This document shows, piece after piece, positions 48,395-61,104 of a DNA stretch of 64,000 nucleotides; within the stretch, counting starts at the first letter, position 1, and each line of letters opens with the position of its first letter. The stretch spans positions 33,356,001 through 33,420,000 of the forward strand of contig NC_043013.1 of assembly GCF_006345805.1 (NCBI RefSeq), written 5' to 3'. Both the position numbers and the translations under genes were made by a program. The DNA comes from Octopus sinensis. Its lineage: Eukaryota. The notes under the pieces are model-generated. The model made no database searches. It was not told the origin of the DNA and saw only the letters and a list, made by a program, of their open reading frames with translations.

Positions 48395-49455
48395 AATCAT
48401 CTACATGCTCTAATCAAGTGGTCCTGGTTCAGTTTGGACATTACTCTGACTATGACAGCTTTCAAAAAATCTTTGCTGTCATGGACGTGTTCATCTCTCT
48501 CTCTCTCTCTCTCTCTCAAAAAGCCTGTAATAGTCCAATGGATTGACATCTGGGGAATTAGAAGGCCAAATGTTAGGGGATATGTGATCATGGAAATTTT
48601 CAGCCATCCATTTCTGTATTACTAGAGCCACGTGTGATAGTGCACAGTCTTACTGAAACAGATGTAGCCTTCCATTGCACACACTGTTTATCCAGGGCTT
48701 AACAATTGTTTCCAGGACCTCAGAGTTAATTCTAAGGCCTTGTGGAAAGAAGTAACGAGGCATCAAATGTCCTTCATTGCTGACAACCCCTAAATCATGA
48801 CAGTTGCAGCAAATTTTGTATGCATAACATTTGGAACTTCAGAAAGGTTTGAACATAACCATCTGTCATCTCTTCAATTACCTTTTTGATCTTGGTTGAA
48901 GTTTTTCTCGTCCGAGAAAGACTAAATCAAATCTTCTGGATTTTTCAGTTTGGTTAAGAGCCTTTTAGATCTGATGTGATTTTCGTTTGCTTTTTCGGAC
49001 AAATTGACATTTCCTCATCATATGAGACTTATATCTGATGTCTTCGTGAAAAACATTTCTGACTGTTCCCTCTGACATGGAGATCTTTTGCAATTCACCC
49101 GATGGATTTTCTGGAATTGTAATCAATGGTCTGTTGAACTTGCTGGATAAATTCGTGTGTTCTGATATCAGAAGGTTTGGAATGCATTTTATGTTTTCAT
49201 ACTGGTCTTACGTTTCTATCCTCAGGCTCCTTACAAACTTTGTAGACGGAAGATCTGCCAACTTCTAATAATCAAGATATTTCTAAATTGCTATGCTCAG
49301 CCTTCATAACCACAATAACAGCTTGCCTTTTCGTTTCTTAAGTAAGCTGAGAGTCTGCCATTATTATTTTCTGAAACAAAGATTATACAGAGTTGGCGAA
49401 AAATGCAGCAATGACCCAAAAGTGTTATGTCATGAGATAACTTACGCAACCTGTA
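48395..49455 (-). mobile_element. Decayed maT/Tc1-like (DD37D-type) transposon
   Basis: KRQAVIVVMKAEHSNLEIS, FSDEKNFNQDQKV, WMAENFHDHISPNIWPSNSPDVNPLDYY and LKAVIVRVMSKLNQDHLIRAC. Confidence 0.88.
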
Positions 49456-49480
49456 TATATACAGATAGACATACGTGTAC

Positions 49481-49528
<48 letters not shown>

Positions 49529-49561
49529 TAATAATAATAATAATGATGATGATGATGATGA

Positions 49562-49599
<38 letters not shown>

Positions 49600-49604
49600 A
49601 TAAC

Positions 49605-49670
<66 letters not shown>

Positions 49671-51452
49671 CCTTGGGTGGAATTTATAAACATTTAATGC
49701 ATCACTACGCGCGTTTCCATAAGTCACATGGCTCTGTATTCCTGGGATGATTACAGTGTAGTCTGCAGTATCCGTGGTCATCCGGTTGATCATCATCATT
49801 GATTCATTTCTTGAGGCGATATAACATTAGGTGATGTACAACAGATGGATGCGTATCCATTTCTACCAGTATATACATATATACATATACTCATGAACAT
49901 ATATACATATGTAGAGATAGTGATGCAGATAGACAAGCTTGGACTTGATATATAAATATAGACACGTGGATATATACATGTAAATATATATGAGGGTATA
50001 TAGATAATAAAATACAAACTGAAATCATTCAGATGGACAGACATGTATAAACATATAGATATTTATATAAGCATATACATATTTATATATTTGTGGTGTG
50101 TCCTGGTGTGAATGTAATCGACTTGCGCCCTGCTCTTATTGCTGGGCTTGTGACAAAATTTGTAACCGATAGCTGAACATGCGTGAGGAATTGAAAATTG
50201 GATGTTTCAGTCACGTTTTTGTTTTTTTTTTCTTCTTTTGTCCGTTAAGAAAATAATTTTCTCAACTCTCGGAGAATGAGCAAGAACGCGATACGCTAGA
50301 TTTTCTTCGTTGCATGGAAATAAAAGAAGTAAGAATTAATTAATTAAATGCCTTACTATGAAAAGATCTGAAGAGTCTAAATAGAAAATATATCAACAAT
50401 CAAACTGATGATAGAACTAACGTCTCATCATTCATTTTTGGACACAGATACTGTCATATACAACGACTAGCTTTGTCATATGTTCGAAACACAGTAGGGC
50501 GGATTTGACATCGCATAAGAGAGCTACACTTAACTGTTAATAGAAAAATTGTAATACATGTCCTCCCAACTCACACATACGCTCGAACTAAGCCTTGAAT
50601 TCAAAGCCTATTCATCGTTTTCATAATTATACATCGAACATTAAGGAATTATGAGATGACAGTATGATATGGCTGAATGAATAAATGAGTCAGTTACTGG
50701 GAGAAATTACATAAATTTCTTTCATTTTCTCTTTTTTATTAATTCTAAATTTTAACAAATTTTATAACAAAATTGATGGGGAAAAAATTATGGAAGAAAA
50801 TTCGTTTTCACGCACACACATACACACACACATTTGCACCCGCACAAACACATATATATACACACACAATAGGAACATTTTTCAACAATAATTATCAAAA
50901 TTGAAATCATAAATTAAATTAATGAACGTGGAGTTACATGCATACACATCTATATATAGAACCGTATCGACATATATACATATACACAAATACTCTCTCT
51001 CACACACACATATATATATATATACACACGCATAATATGCCAAAAGAAAATTACTGAAAGAAGTTAAGGTAAATTATTTGACGTCATCATTAAAAAGAGA
51101 TCTTAATTAAATGAATATTATTAATTTTTTTCGTATTTTTTTAATTGTTAGTTTACTCATTGATGTTTTTATTATAGTTATATTAATATTATATTCGGCA
51201 ATTTTTCTGAGTATAATTCTTGTTGCTTCTTCGCGCTAGTTTTCCCTTCTTTTTTTACATTGCCTAACGTCTTTCTTTATATTTTCCTTATAGATACCTG
51301 AAAACGAACACACGATAATGCATACCCAATACCATACAGTCATATACATACACAAAGCACACACACATATTTTCATATATAGAGAAATATATACACCAAT
51401 CCAATGTACATACATATATACATACATATATAATACATACATACATACATAT

Positions 51453-51550
<98 letters not shown>

Positions 51551-52399
51551 GTATACATATATATATATATATATGTATACATACATACATACCTATATAT
51601 ATATATATATATACACACACAGACACATATATATATGTATATATATATATATGTATAGGTAAATATACATACATAAATACGCACACATATATATTGATGA
51701 TCATTGCGAATTACTTTAAATATACTAATCAAGTAAGTTATTCTTTATTTTAGTGCGCGTACACTCCACCCGATTAGAAATTGGAGAAAGCGTAAAGCAG
51801 TAAAATAATTAATTTTGTAGAAATATCTGGGTGGCACCCTTTTGTGTGTCTCTGCGACTAATATCATATTATGAGATAACAGAAATTGACAAGTACTCCA
51901 GAAGGCATATTATGAAGTGCAGTCGGTGACTAAGTTCTGAAAATAAAGCATGACAAATATACAGGGTTTATGAACCGAGCGCATTTGGGCATAAACTGAA
52001 TATAACCTCTCTCACCGAGCAAGAGGAAATATCTCTAAAGGGCTCTGCTATGAGATGTTTTCAGATAAGAAACCGTAAATAGCTAACTACGACACCTACG
52101 CTAATTGATACAGGTGAACGTTAAAGAGAATATTTTCATTTGTCTAATTCATTGATGGTACACTACATCTTATTAGAAATTATTCGCAACTATGACAAGT
52201 AACAATGTCATTAGAAATATTAGAGAAATCTAGTTTGGTATATACACGATATATACTAAATATCTTTAGAAATTCCACCACCAGTAGCCTAGCATGTATA
52301 AAAAGTCAATAGACAGCATATTCTCAATATAAAGTAGTGTACATTTAAACACAAGAGAAAACTACCCTTAACAGGTAATTTTTACATGCTAGAAGAAGC

Positions 52400-52662
52400 A
52401 GTCAAAACGTTTTGACTCCATCCACGAATCTCCGGCAGAGGGTGATGGCGAACCCTGCTTTACTCTTTCACCATAACTTTCTTCTTGTTTGTGTTGGGTC
52501 AGCCTTGTCACACTCTGTGTCGCACTGAATCTCCCCGAGAACTGCGTTAAGGGTACACGTGTCTGTGGAGTGCTCAGCGATGTGCACGCTAATTTCACGA
52601 GCAGGCTGTTCCGTTGATCAGATCAACTAGAACCCTCTTCGTCGTAACCGACGGAAGGCCAC
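52400..52662 (-). mobile_element. Unclassified interspersed repeat; a 5' fragment also occurs at 34077-34131 (+)
   Basis: The reverse complement of 52605-52662 (ggt..tccgtcggttacgacgaagagggttctagttgatctgatcaacggaac) matches 34077-34131. The extension to 52400 is from memory of the family. Confidence 0.65.
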
Positions 52663-53117
52663 CATATGTATGTATGTACGTATGTATGTACGTATGTATG
52701 TATGTATGTATGTATGTATGTATGTATTATGTATGTATGTATGTATGTATGTATGTATGTATACATGGATGCATGCATGTATGTAAATGTGTCTATATCT
52801 GTGTGTGCGAGTGAGAGTGTTTGTGTGTATTTGTGTGCGTACGTCAGTGTTAGATTTTCTAATTTATGATTTATGTAACAACCAATTCGTAGTAAATAAA
52901 ACACGTAATGCTTTACTACATTACATATTTGAGTGAGAGGATCTTCAAGTTTCGTACGTAGGCAACCATGCACATGCGCATACACATATTCAAGCACGCA
53001 TATATCTGTATGTGTGCATGTATATGTCTTGTACGTCAACGCGATGTATGAGAATAAAAGAAAAGCATTTAAAATGCACTTGACAATTTACAACAATGTC
53101 TTTCAAATAACGATTGC

Positions 53118-53160
53118 TTTTTGATGTGTTTCGGCTTCATATTTGAAGCTTTTGTGAATG
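53118..53160 (-). ncRNA. Degenerate hammerhead relic
   Basis: TTCACAAA-AGCTTCA(aata)TGAAGCC-GAAAC-ACATC: 6-bp stem II and GAAA are intact; core and stem III are decayed. Confidence 0.35.
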
Positions 53161-53550
53161 AAATCTATTGCTTGAGATTTTGATGGTTTAAATGCATGCT
53201 AATTAAGAATAAATTAATTAAAACATGTATTTAATAGGAAAAGGTTCAAAATGGGTGGGTAATTTTATTCAGCTGGGAAGGAACAGTTTAATTGTTGCAA
53301 TTTCTTTCATATATTTAATACGAAATGTTGACTGTATGATCATTAAAACAACATCGGCATAGGAGTAATTACGAACGAATATTTCAATAATAATAGTAAC
53401 AACACGAAGAAGGCCGTGACCAATGATGCTACTACTATGATAATAATGTTAATAATAATAATAATAATGATAATAATAATAATGATAATAATAATAATAA
53501 CAATAATTAAAATAATAATTAAAATAATAATAATAATAATAATAATAATA

Positions 53551-54088
53551 AGGCAGTGGCTCTCATGGCTTCTGATCTTAACTGATTGGAAGTGTTATCA
53601 TGTACAATGTTTTGTCTTGGTATAAAAGATGGGCTACAGCAAATATTCTGCTCAATACCGCAGATTTGCTTGTCAGTTGTTTGACTTTAACCAGTTGAGC
53701 ATGTCCCTTACTGGCTGACGATATGTGCATCTCTGATCACGAGCAGAAGTAGTGGGGGAGCATCATAGCCATGTGTTGAGAGGGATTCTTTGGGGTTTGA
53801 ATAATTCACCTCTGGAAACATGGGTGGTTCTTTCAACATCCTTAAACAACCCTTATTCGGGGACCTTTTGAGCGGGATGGGCAACTCAACCTGAAGAAAA
53901 TTCTAACTGGGCCCCACCTGCAAGGTCATGTGCTGTTTATCTTGATATGAGATCACCATGTCGCGCACATATGGTTGTGATGCATGTGCCTGGTGTACCC
54001 TTATCAGACGGGTAGTCATGATGGGTATATTGGGCTTCGTATATTTTACCCCAGTGTCACTTTGATGGCATGAACTGCTCTCTCACTC
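53551..54088 (+). mobile_element. Non-coding ~555-nt TAA-associated element, 5'-truncated by about 18 nt
   Basis: Reverse complement of 26868-27423 with high identity; (TAA)n on both sides. Confidence 0.9.
53585..53628 (+). promoter_or_regulatory. Candidate Pol II promoter motifs inside the 555-nt element (reverse CCAAT box + TATA box)
   Basis: CTGATTGG (= CCAATCAG) at about 53582-53589 and TATAAAAG at 53621-53628; both are retained in all three copies. Confidence 0.4.
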
Positions 54089-54134
<46 letters not shown>

Positions 54135-54194
54135 TAATAATAATAATAATAATAATAATATTAATAACAATCCCGTCTTCTATAGTCAGAAAGC

Positions 54195-54575
54195 CCGATA
54201 CTTTCGTGGAGGGGTATAGTCGATTACATCGAATGCAGTGTCCTGCTGAAATTTCATCGACCCCAGTGGAATTTGAATTTAAAACGGAACAAATACTGCT
54301 AAGCAGTAAGGTCCCCGAATAAGGGTTGTTTAAGGATGTTGAAAGAACCACCCATGTTTCCAGAGGTGAATTATTCAAACCCCAAAGAATCCCTCTCAAC
54401 ACATGGCTATGATGCTCCCCCACTACTTCTGCTCTTGATCAGAGATGCACATATCGTCAGCCACTAAGGGACATGCTCAACTGGTTAAAATCAAACAACT
54501 GACTAGCAAATCTGCGGTATTGAGCAGAATATTTGCTGTCCAGCGTGCTAACGATTCTGCCAGGTCACCGCCTTG
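54195..54575 (-). mobile_element. SINE family A interrupted in its head by a 232-bp insertion
   Basis: aaatactgctaagca[insert]ccagcgtgctaacgattctgccaggtcaccgcc. Confidence 0.8.
54308..54539 (-). repeat. Inverted copy of 53636-53867
   Basis: Four mismatches in 232 bp by manual alignment. Confidence 0.92.
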
Positions 54576-54599
54576 CCAATAACAATAATCCAATGTGTG

Positions 54600-54900
54600 G
54601 CGGAAATAACCAGCATTGGTTAACAAAAAGTGAATTCTTCTTTTGCGAGACAACGCAAGACCTCACACTGCTCGAACGGGCATGAAGAGGGTCAAAGAAT
54701 GAAACTCATGTCGTACCCAACATATAGTTCGGGCCTATCTCCCTCAGATTATAATCTTGTCCCAATCCACTGTTCACTTTCTGCGCTCGCGACGCTTCAT
54801 CAACCAAGAGGAGATGAAAACTTCAGTGAAGGAATTCTTCGTCACACACGGTAGAAAGGGGTTTCAGACGATGCAACACGATTGCCTCTACTTTGAATCC
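54600..54900 (+). pseudogene. Mariner transposase C-terminal relic
   Basis: ILLLRDNARPHTAR, YPTYSSGLSPSDYNL and RRFINQEEMKTSVKEFF. Confidence 0.85.
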
Positions 54901-55019
54901 TTTTGCTGTAACTTGACAAATAAAGCAAATATATTCTAAAAGTTTTGACTCAAAACATACATACATGCATACAAGGGTACGTGGCGCGAATTGTGGAATG
55001 TCAGAATCGGTGAAGTGCC

Positions 55020-55190
55020 AGAGAAAATGCATTGCCCCGTTTCTCCGGCTCTTTATGGTTTGAGTTAAAATCCCGCTGGAGTCAACATTGCTTTTTATCC
55101 GACTGGGGTTCATACAATAAAGTGCAGTCATATACTACAGTCGATTTAATCGATTACCCCTTCTTACCCAAAGCGACATATTTCAACAGA
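55020..55190 (+). mobile_element. SINE family A, old copy
   Basis: tttgagttaaaatcccgctggagtcaacattgctttt.atcc..ggggt..aataa..cagtcgatttaatcgatt. Confidence 0.65.
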
Positions 55191-55395
55191 TCCAAATATG
55201 TGATTCCCATGTAAGTCTACGAATGGTCGAATAGGTAATACACGCAATGAATCACCTGTTGTGAACACCACACTAAGCTGCCTTTGGATACTTTTAACAA
55301 ACATTCCTTTTTGCATGATTTTAGGCCATGTCTTTGGTTTGAGGAGAACTTCGTCCTTTCCTTATTAATAGTCTCCGTGAACCTGCAAATATAAG

Positions 55396-55815
55396 ATCAT
55401 GGGAGCTGCTGTTCTCTCTTTGGCTACACGATAATACTATTTATAAAAATCCTTCAATTTTAATATCTTCTATCAACGAATAACTATATAACATAAGGTA
55501 GTTGTAGATACATTAACAGACGAGTTCACTATGTTTATAAGTATTTTCTGCTTGAATCTTCCAGATTAGGGCAGATCGCAAGCAACCACCTCCACCACTG
55601 TCGTATCATATGAGTTGTTCTGTCTTTGGCTACACGATAAAACAAATTATAGAAATCCTTCAATTTTAACATTATTTTCTACCAGTGAGTAAGTACATTA
55701 GATAAGATAGTTCTAGATACGCCAAAAGACCGGTTAACAGCATCAATAAATATTTTCCGCATGGGTCTGTTAGATTAGGGCTGATCTCATGCAACCACAT
55801 TTACCATTGCCACCA
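55396..55815. repeat. Old tandem duplication, unit about 206 bp
   Basis: tctttggctacacgata, aatccttcaattttaa, tagatac and agattagggc.gatc.ca.gcaaccac each recur with an offset of about 206. Confidence 0.85.
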
Positions 55816-55891
55816 CTAACGCTACTTATATCATCAACAACGACCACAAAAAACAAAAACAATAACAAAATCAGTAACGACAGCAAAATTA

Positions 55892-56455
55892 TTGGGTTGT
55901 CCTGAAAGTTCGTGCCGATTTTTAAAGGAAAGAAAAAGGTCAATAAATACTTGCCATTACATTTTTAATCAACCAAATGTAAACCATTTGGTTGCACAAT
56001 GCATCTCCATCTTTCCTTTAACTTGAAAATACTCTCTTCCTAGAATTGAGGTGGTTTCATGGCAAAGAATTCATCAAGGTATCATTTTACGTCATCAAGG
56101 AATTGACATTTTTACCATTAAGACTATTCTGCAGATACCTGAATAAGTGAAAATCCAAAGGAGCAATAACTTGTGAATATGGAGGGTGGGGTAACACGTC
56201 CCAGCCGAGCTGCAGAAAATTTTGTCTGGTTCCCAAAGCATAAAGTGCCGAAAATGAACCTTTTTATCTTCCATTTTAAAGGGTTACAGAATTAACACAG
56301 GTTAAGGAACATAAACCTTCTTCCACGAAAAGATAGCTTAAACTGTGCTCTAAATGGAGGTGTAGTCAAATCCTATTCTATGGACTCAACCGTGTTTTAA
56401 AATAAGTCGAAAGGTAAGCTACTATAAATTGGCACGAACTTTCCGGACAACCCAA
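55892..56455 (-). mobile_element. Internally deleted mariner with intact TIRs and TA TSD
   Basis: TA|ttgggttgtcctgaaagttcgtgccgattt ... aaattggcacgaactttccggacaacccaa|TA; the interior encodes LGWDVLPHPPYSQVIAPLDFHLF..LDEFFAMKPPQF. Confidence 0.93.
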
Positions 56456-57620
56456 TAATTATTCCACTTACTCGATATTTTTACTTCAGAGTTATTGAAA
56501 AGCAAATAGTTATAAGACGTTTTGCAGACTGAAAATGTCAAATACCGTCATTGCTTGAAGTGCCATCAGTGCAAAACGACATCGCAGTACAAAATTTTTT
56601 CTGTCGGCTCCAATACGCCACCAAAATAGAGCCTGCTAAACAGCATTTTTCTTCACACAACACATAACTGCTCGACCATAGTGACTGACAACCATCACTG
56701 ACAGCGAAATCATCTCTATTAGCTTCTCACAGCAACAGCTATTGCAAACTCACAAATGAAATTACACGCAAACCACCAATAGAAGCAATACCCAACATGA
56801 AAAAAAATAGACAAAAATAACCAACAGTAAAATATTTAAATACACAAAGCAACAAAATAACTCCGATATTCCTAATTATTTCTCAAGCTTTTCTATTCAG
56901 AATTTCTTGTGGCATGAAATATAGTGACGTCTCAGTAGTATAGAAACTGTGTGTATGAGATAAATTGATAGATTGATAGAAACATAGATAGAGATAGAGA
57001 GACAGAGATAGAGAGCGCGCGCGAGAGAGAAAGAGTGAGAGGAGAGAAAGGTGAGAAGACAAGACTGAGAAAGAACAGAGCTATTTTTTTTTAAACAGCG
57101 AAGCAAGTGAAATTAAAAAGAGTCGAAACGAAAATTAAGGGGTAGAATTAAGAAAACATAAAAAAAAAATTTAAAAACAAATTTGCCCGGAAACTGCTCA
57201 ATTGCACATTTTAATTTAATTCTTTAAAATCAAGTCATTAGTGATGCTAATTTTTTTTTAATCATTATAGATTTTTTCTTCCTCTATTTAACATCCTTGA
57301 AATGGTTAGTCTAATATTGTTTTTTTTTGTTGTTGTTTTTTTTTGTTGTTTTTTTTTGTTGTATTTTTTTTTGTTTCTGGTGGTTTCTTTACTTGATAGT
57401 GATGCTGCTGTTAATTTTGATGCATTTCTTTTTTTTTATTTTGCTTTGTGTTATTTGTCTGTTTTGTTACTGTTGCTGCTGTAATTTTTTCTTTATATTT
57501 TTATAGTTGCTCAAGTTGCTGTTCTTGGAATAACGTTGTTGTGGTCGTTGTTAATGTTGATAATTTTATTACCGATTCCATATATAGGCACAAGGACGCA
57601 GGCATGGTTGGATTACACAG

Positions 57621-57664
<44 letters not shown>

Positions 57665-57824
57665 AGAGAGAGAGAGTGAAATGTTCTCATCTCAGTCACA
57701 GTTTCGCGTTTTGGTTTAGCTTTGCAGCACCATCGTTAGATGTCTTCGACACTAGAGTTCCAGATTAACCATTGAATGAGATTGGAAATTGACAGTTGGA
57801 AATTAAACCGACACCCGTCTCACA

Positions 57825-58237
57825 CATACTCTTTTAATTGTTTCATTCATTTGACTGTGGCCATGCTGGAGCACCGCATTTAGTCGAGCAAATCAACCCC
57901 ATGAGCCTAGTACTTATTCTATCAGTCTCTTTTGCCAAACCGCTAAGTTACGGGGACGTAAACACACCAGCATCGGTTGTCAAGCGATGTTGCGCGGGTC
58001 AAACACAGACACACAAACATAAACACACACAAATACATACATACATATATATATATATATTATATATATATATATATATACGACGGGCTTCTTTCAGTTT
58101 CCGTCTACCAAATCCTCTCGCAAGGCTCTGGTCGGCCCGAGGCTATAGTAGAAGACACTTGCCCAAGGTGCCACACAATGGGATTGAACCCGGAACCATG
58201 TGGCTAGTAAGCAAGCTACTTACCACGCAGCCACTCC
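57825..58237 (-). mobile_element. SINE family B, near full-length
   Basis: Minus strand GGAGTGGCTGCGTGGTAAG (A-box-like)..GGGTTCAATCCC (B-box), then core, (TA/TG)n and tail. Confidence 0.92.
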
Positions 58238-58539
58238 ACAAAACAAAAATTGAAAACCGTCCTTCGACAGAAATAATTCGTCATATTTGTCCTTGACAAT
58301 TTACGTATATTACTTTGACACTCTTCCCGTCATAATTACAGAGAAACATTGATGATTTTGTAAGAAAACTGCAATAAACGACGCTTGTCTTCACTGATTA
58401 CGATATGAGTAAAATAATAAACACAGTTTGCAAATTTGTAAAAGAAAGAATAAAGAAAGAAGACAGTGACATCAGGTGGAGGAATAAGTGATTAAATTCC
58501 AGGCGTTGCTGGCTTATCCTTGATGATATTTGTAAGGTG

Positions 58540-58775
58540 ATGAAGGCGGCGAGCTGGCAGAAACGTTAGCCCGCAGGGCGAAATGCTTAGCGGTATTTCG
58601 TCTGTCGTTACGTTCTGAGTTCGAATTCCGCCGAGGTTGACTTTGTCTTTCATCCTTTCGGGGTCGATAAATAAAGTACCAGTTTCGTACTGGGGTCGAT
58701 GTAATCGACTTAATCCCTTTGTCTGTCCTTGTTTGTCCCCTCTATGTTTAGCCCCTTGTGGGTAGTAAAGAAATA
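58540..58775 (+). mobile_element. SINE family A monomer with a 14-bp target-site duplication
   Basis: gatatttgtaaggt at 58525-58538 and 58776-58789. Confidence 0.93.
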
Positions 58776-59339
58776 GATATTTGTAAGGTAATTTAAATCT
58801 GTAAATGCTAATAAAAAAATCCGTTATCGCTACCAAGAAGTTAATTTTCAAATTCGATGGTCACGTTGCTATATTGTTATTGCTGAGCACCAGATCAACG
58901 CCATTTGTGTATACACCTGATACAAGGTGTTTCAGCTTCACTACTCCTAACTTTTTCTTAGGCATAGAATATTCCAAACTACATCATCTAAGGTATACTT
59001 ACTTTTTCTAAAGGTGGCAGAATGGAGTTTGAGTAAGTTTTGTGAGTTGAAATTCCTACGTAGTGAGGACCGTCTTGTTAGTTTTGTTTGTAATTTTGTA
59101 TCACAGGTCAATGCTGAACCCGAAAATCTTTAATCAAATACATTATAACTGCAAATATTATGTCACTATTTAAGACTAAAGCACATATAAGATTGACATA
59201 TCGCTTGTTCTTCCACTTGAAGGCATGGCTTTAGTAAAATTTGACTGCTCTTTCTAACAGGAACACTTGCCTGCGTTCAAAGGATTTCGGATAGATACTT
59301 ATCTCCGATTAAAAGGGTATTCCTAGTATGTAATTCTTT

Positions 59340-59550
59340 CTAATTTTAGGTACAAGGCCAGTAATTTTGATGGGATGGGAAAGATAATAGCGTTGACCAG
59401 GTGCTCAAATGGTACTTATTTTATCGACTACAAAAGGATGAAAAGCAAAGTCTGTAATGGCGGCGTGTGAACTCAGGACGTAAAGCCCGAAGAAATAGTA
59501 TTAAGTACTTTGTCAGGTGCGTTTAGAAATCTGCCAGATCGCTACCCTAT
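59340..59550 (-). mobile_element. SINE family A, old copy
   Basis: aggtacaaggcc tail, atggtacttattttatcgac..aaaggatgaaaagcaaagtc body. Confidence 0.75.
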
Positions 59551-60649
59551 TCTTAGTAAAAATTAGTATAATAATATTTTATAGTATCCCTCGGAATAAA
59601 CTATACGGCGTATTCTTTCTTTCGTAAGACGAAATGTGATTTGAGTGATATTTATAATAGCTTCAACGAACTGACACAGACTTATTCGACATAAGTTGCT
59701 TGTGTTGTTGTTGCTGTTGAACTGGATGTTAGTTTTGTTGTAGAGGTAATATCAGCCATCATGTCAGGATAGAGCGGCCATTGCTCATTGTGATCCCATA
59801 ACGATTATGAAATATTAGGATATTCTGTATGACCTACATGTAAGAACAAAAGCCATGTTCTATAAATTTTGTAAAATCAATAATAATTTATTATAAAAGA
59901 TTATTCCTGAGCATAGGTCTAAGGGACGTACGTCTGTAACCCAATTTCAATTTCCGGTTGAAGCAATTTAAAATTTTAACTTCAATTTATTTATAAACGT
60001 AACACTAATCCTAACCTGTTTGTTTGCATAGCATATTCAGCTTGCTTTGAATATAATTTACCTACCATGTGCTATCGTAAACTTTTATCTGCAATCGCAG
60101 GTGTTTCATTTCTTGTCTCTATCATGTAATTCAATTTTTACTGATTTCAATTCGTTTACTTTGCCGATTCGGATACTTAAACGGATTTCTGGGAATGCCA
60201 CCTAAGATAAGTATATTGACGTATTCTCCAGGGTAGATGCCAATGTTTTATTTGATTGATGCTATTTAACCGAACCAAAGCTAAGCACCGATCATGATGA
60301 GCTCTTCAAGTCTTTGCAGACATTTCTTAATCTTATTTGAGTGTTTATGCTACGTGATTAAATTACTGTAATGAGTTAGTATTAATACTGTTGAGAGAAC
60401 TTTGCAAATTGTTAACCTCATATTTTTCTTTCGAATATAAAACTATACATTGAAAACCATGTCAATGAAGTCATGAAAATGAAAGAGGTCGTACAATAAT
60501 GCTCGCGATCTAATCTGTAAGGCATTTTAAAGCCTAAGCTAGAGGCGGAACGGTAGTAATTAGGAGCCTAATCCAAATACTTGCAACACATTAGGGTACC
60601 TAAGGTGAGGTGGGGGAATCTTGTACCGAGCGGCAGAGTAAGCCTAATA

Positions 60650-60950
60650 GCAGTCTCTATCGTTTAGTTGCTTCCGTCATTGAACTGCGACCATGCTGGG
60701 GCACGGGTTCGAAGGGGTTAATCGATAAAAACAACCAATTTTTTATAGCCTTCTACGCATCCTGTCGTGGTTTTTGCCGAATCGCTAGGTTACGACAACG
60801 TAAACACACTAACAAGCGTTTTTGCGAAACACATCGTCCCAGAGATATAGTAGAAGACACTTGCCTACGGTGCCAGCACAGTTGGACTAAACCTAAAACC
60901 AAGTGGCTGGGAAACAAACTTCTAACAACACAGCCACCGCTGCGCCTTAT
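60650..60950 (-). mobile_element. SINE family B, diverged
   Basis: gcgaccatgctggggcac..gatatagtagaagacacttgcc..ggtgcca..aaacttctaacaacacagccac. Confidence 0.8.
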
Positions 60951-61104
60951 TTGAATACTATTGCTGCAAATGCGTTTAAATGTAAGGAAAAATCGCATAC
61001 TAATTGTTTTTTTCTGTTTTAACTGATGTCAACCCATTTGTACAGACCCATATTCAAATGCATCGTTGAAGTGAGGCCCTCATTTTCTCTCTTACAGAAA
61101 TATC

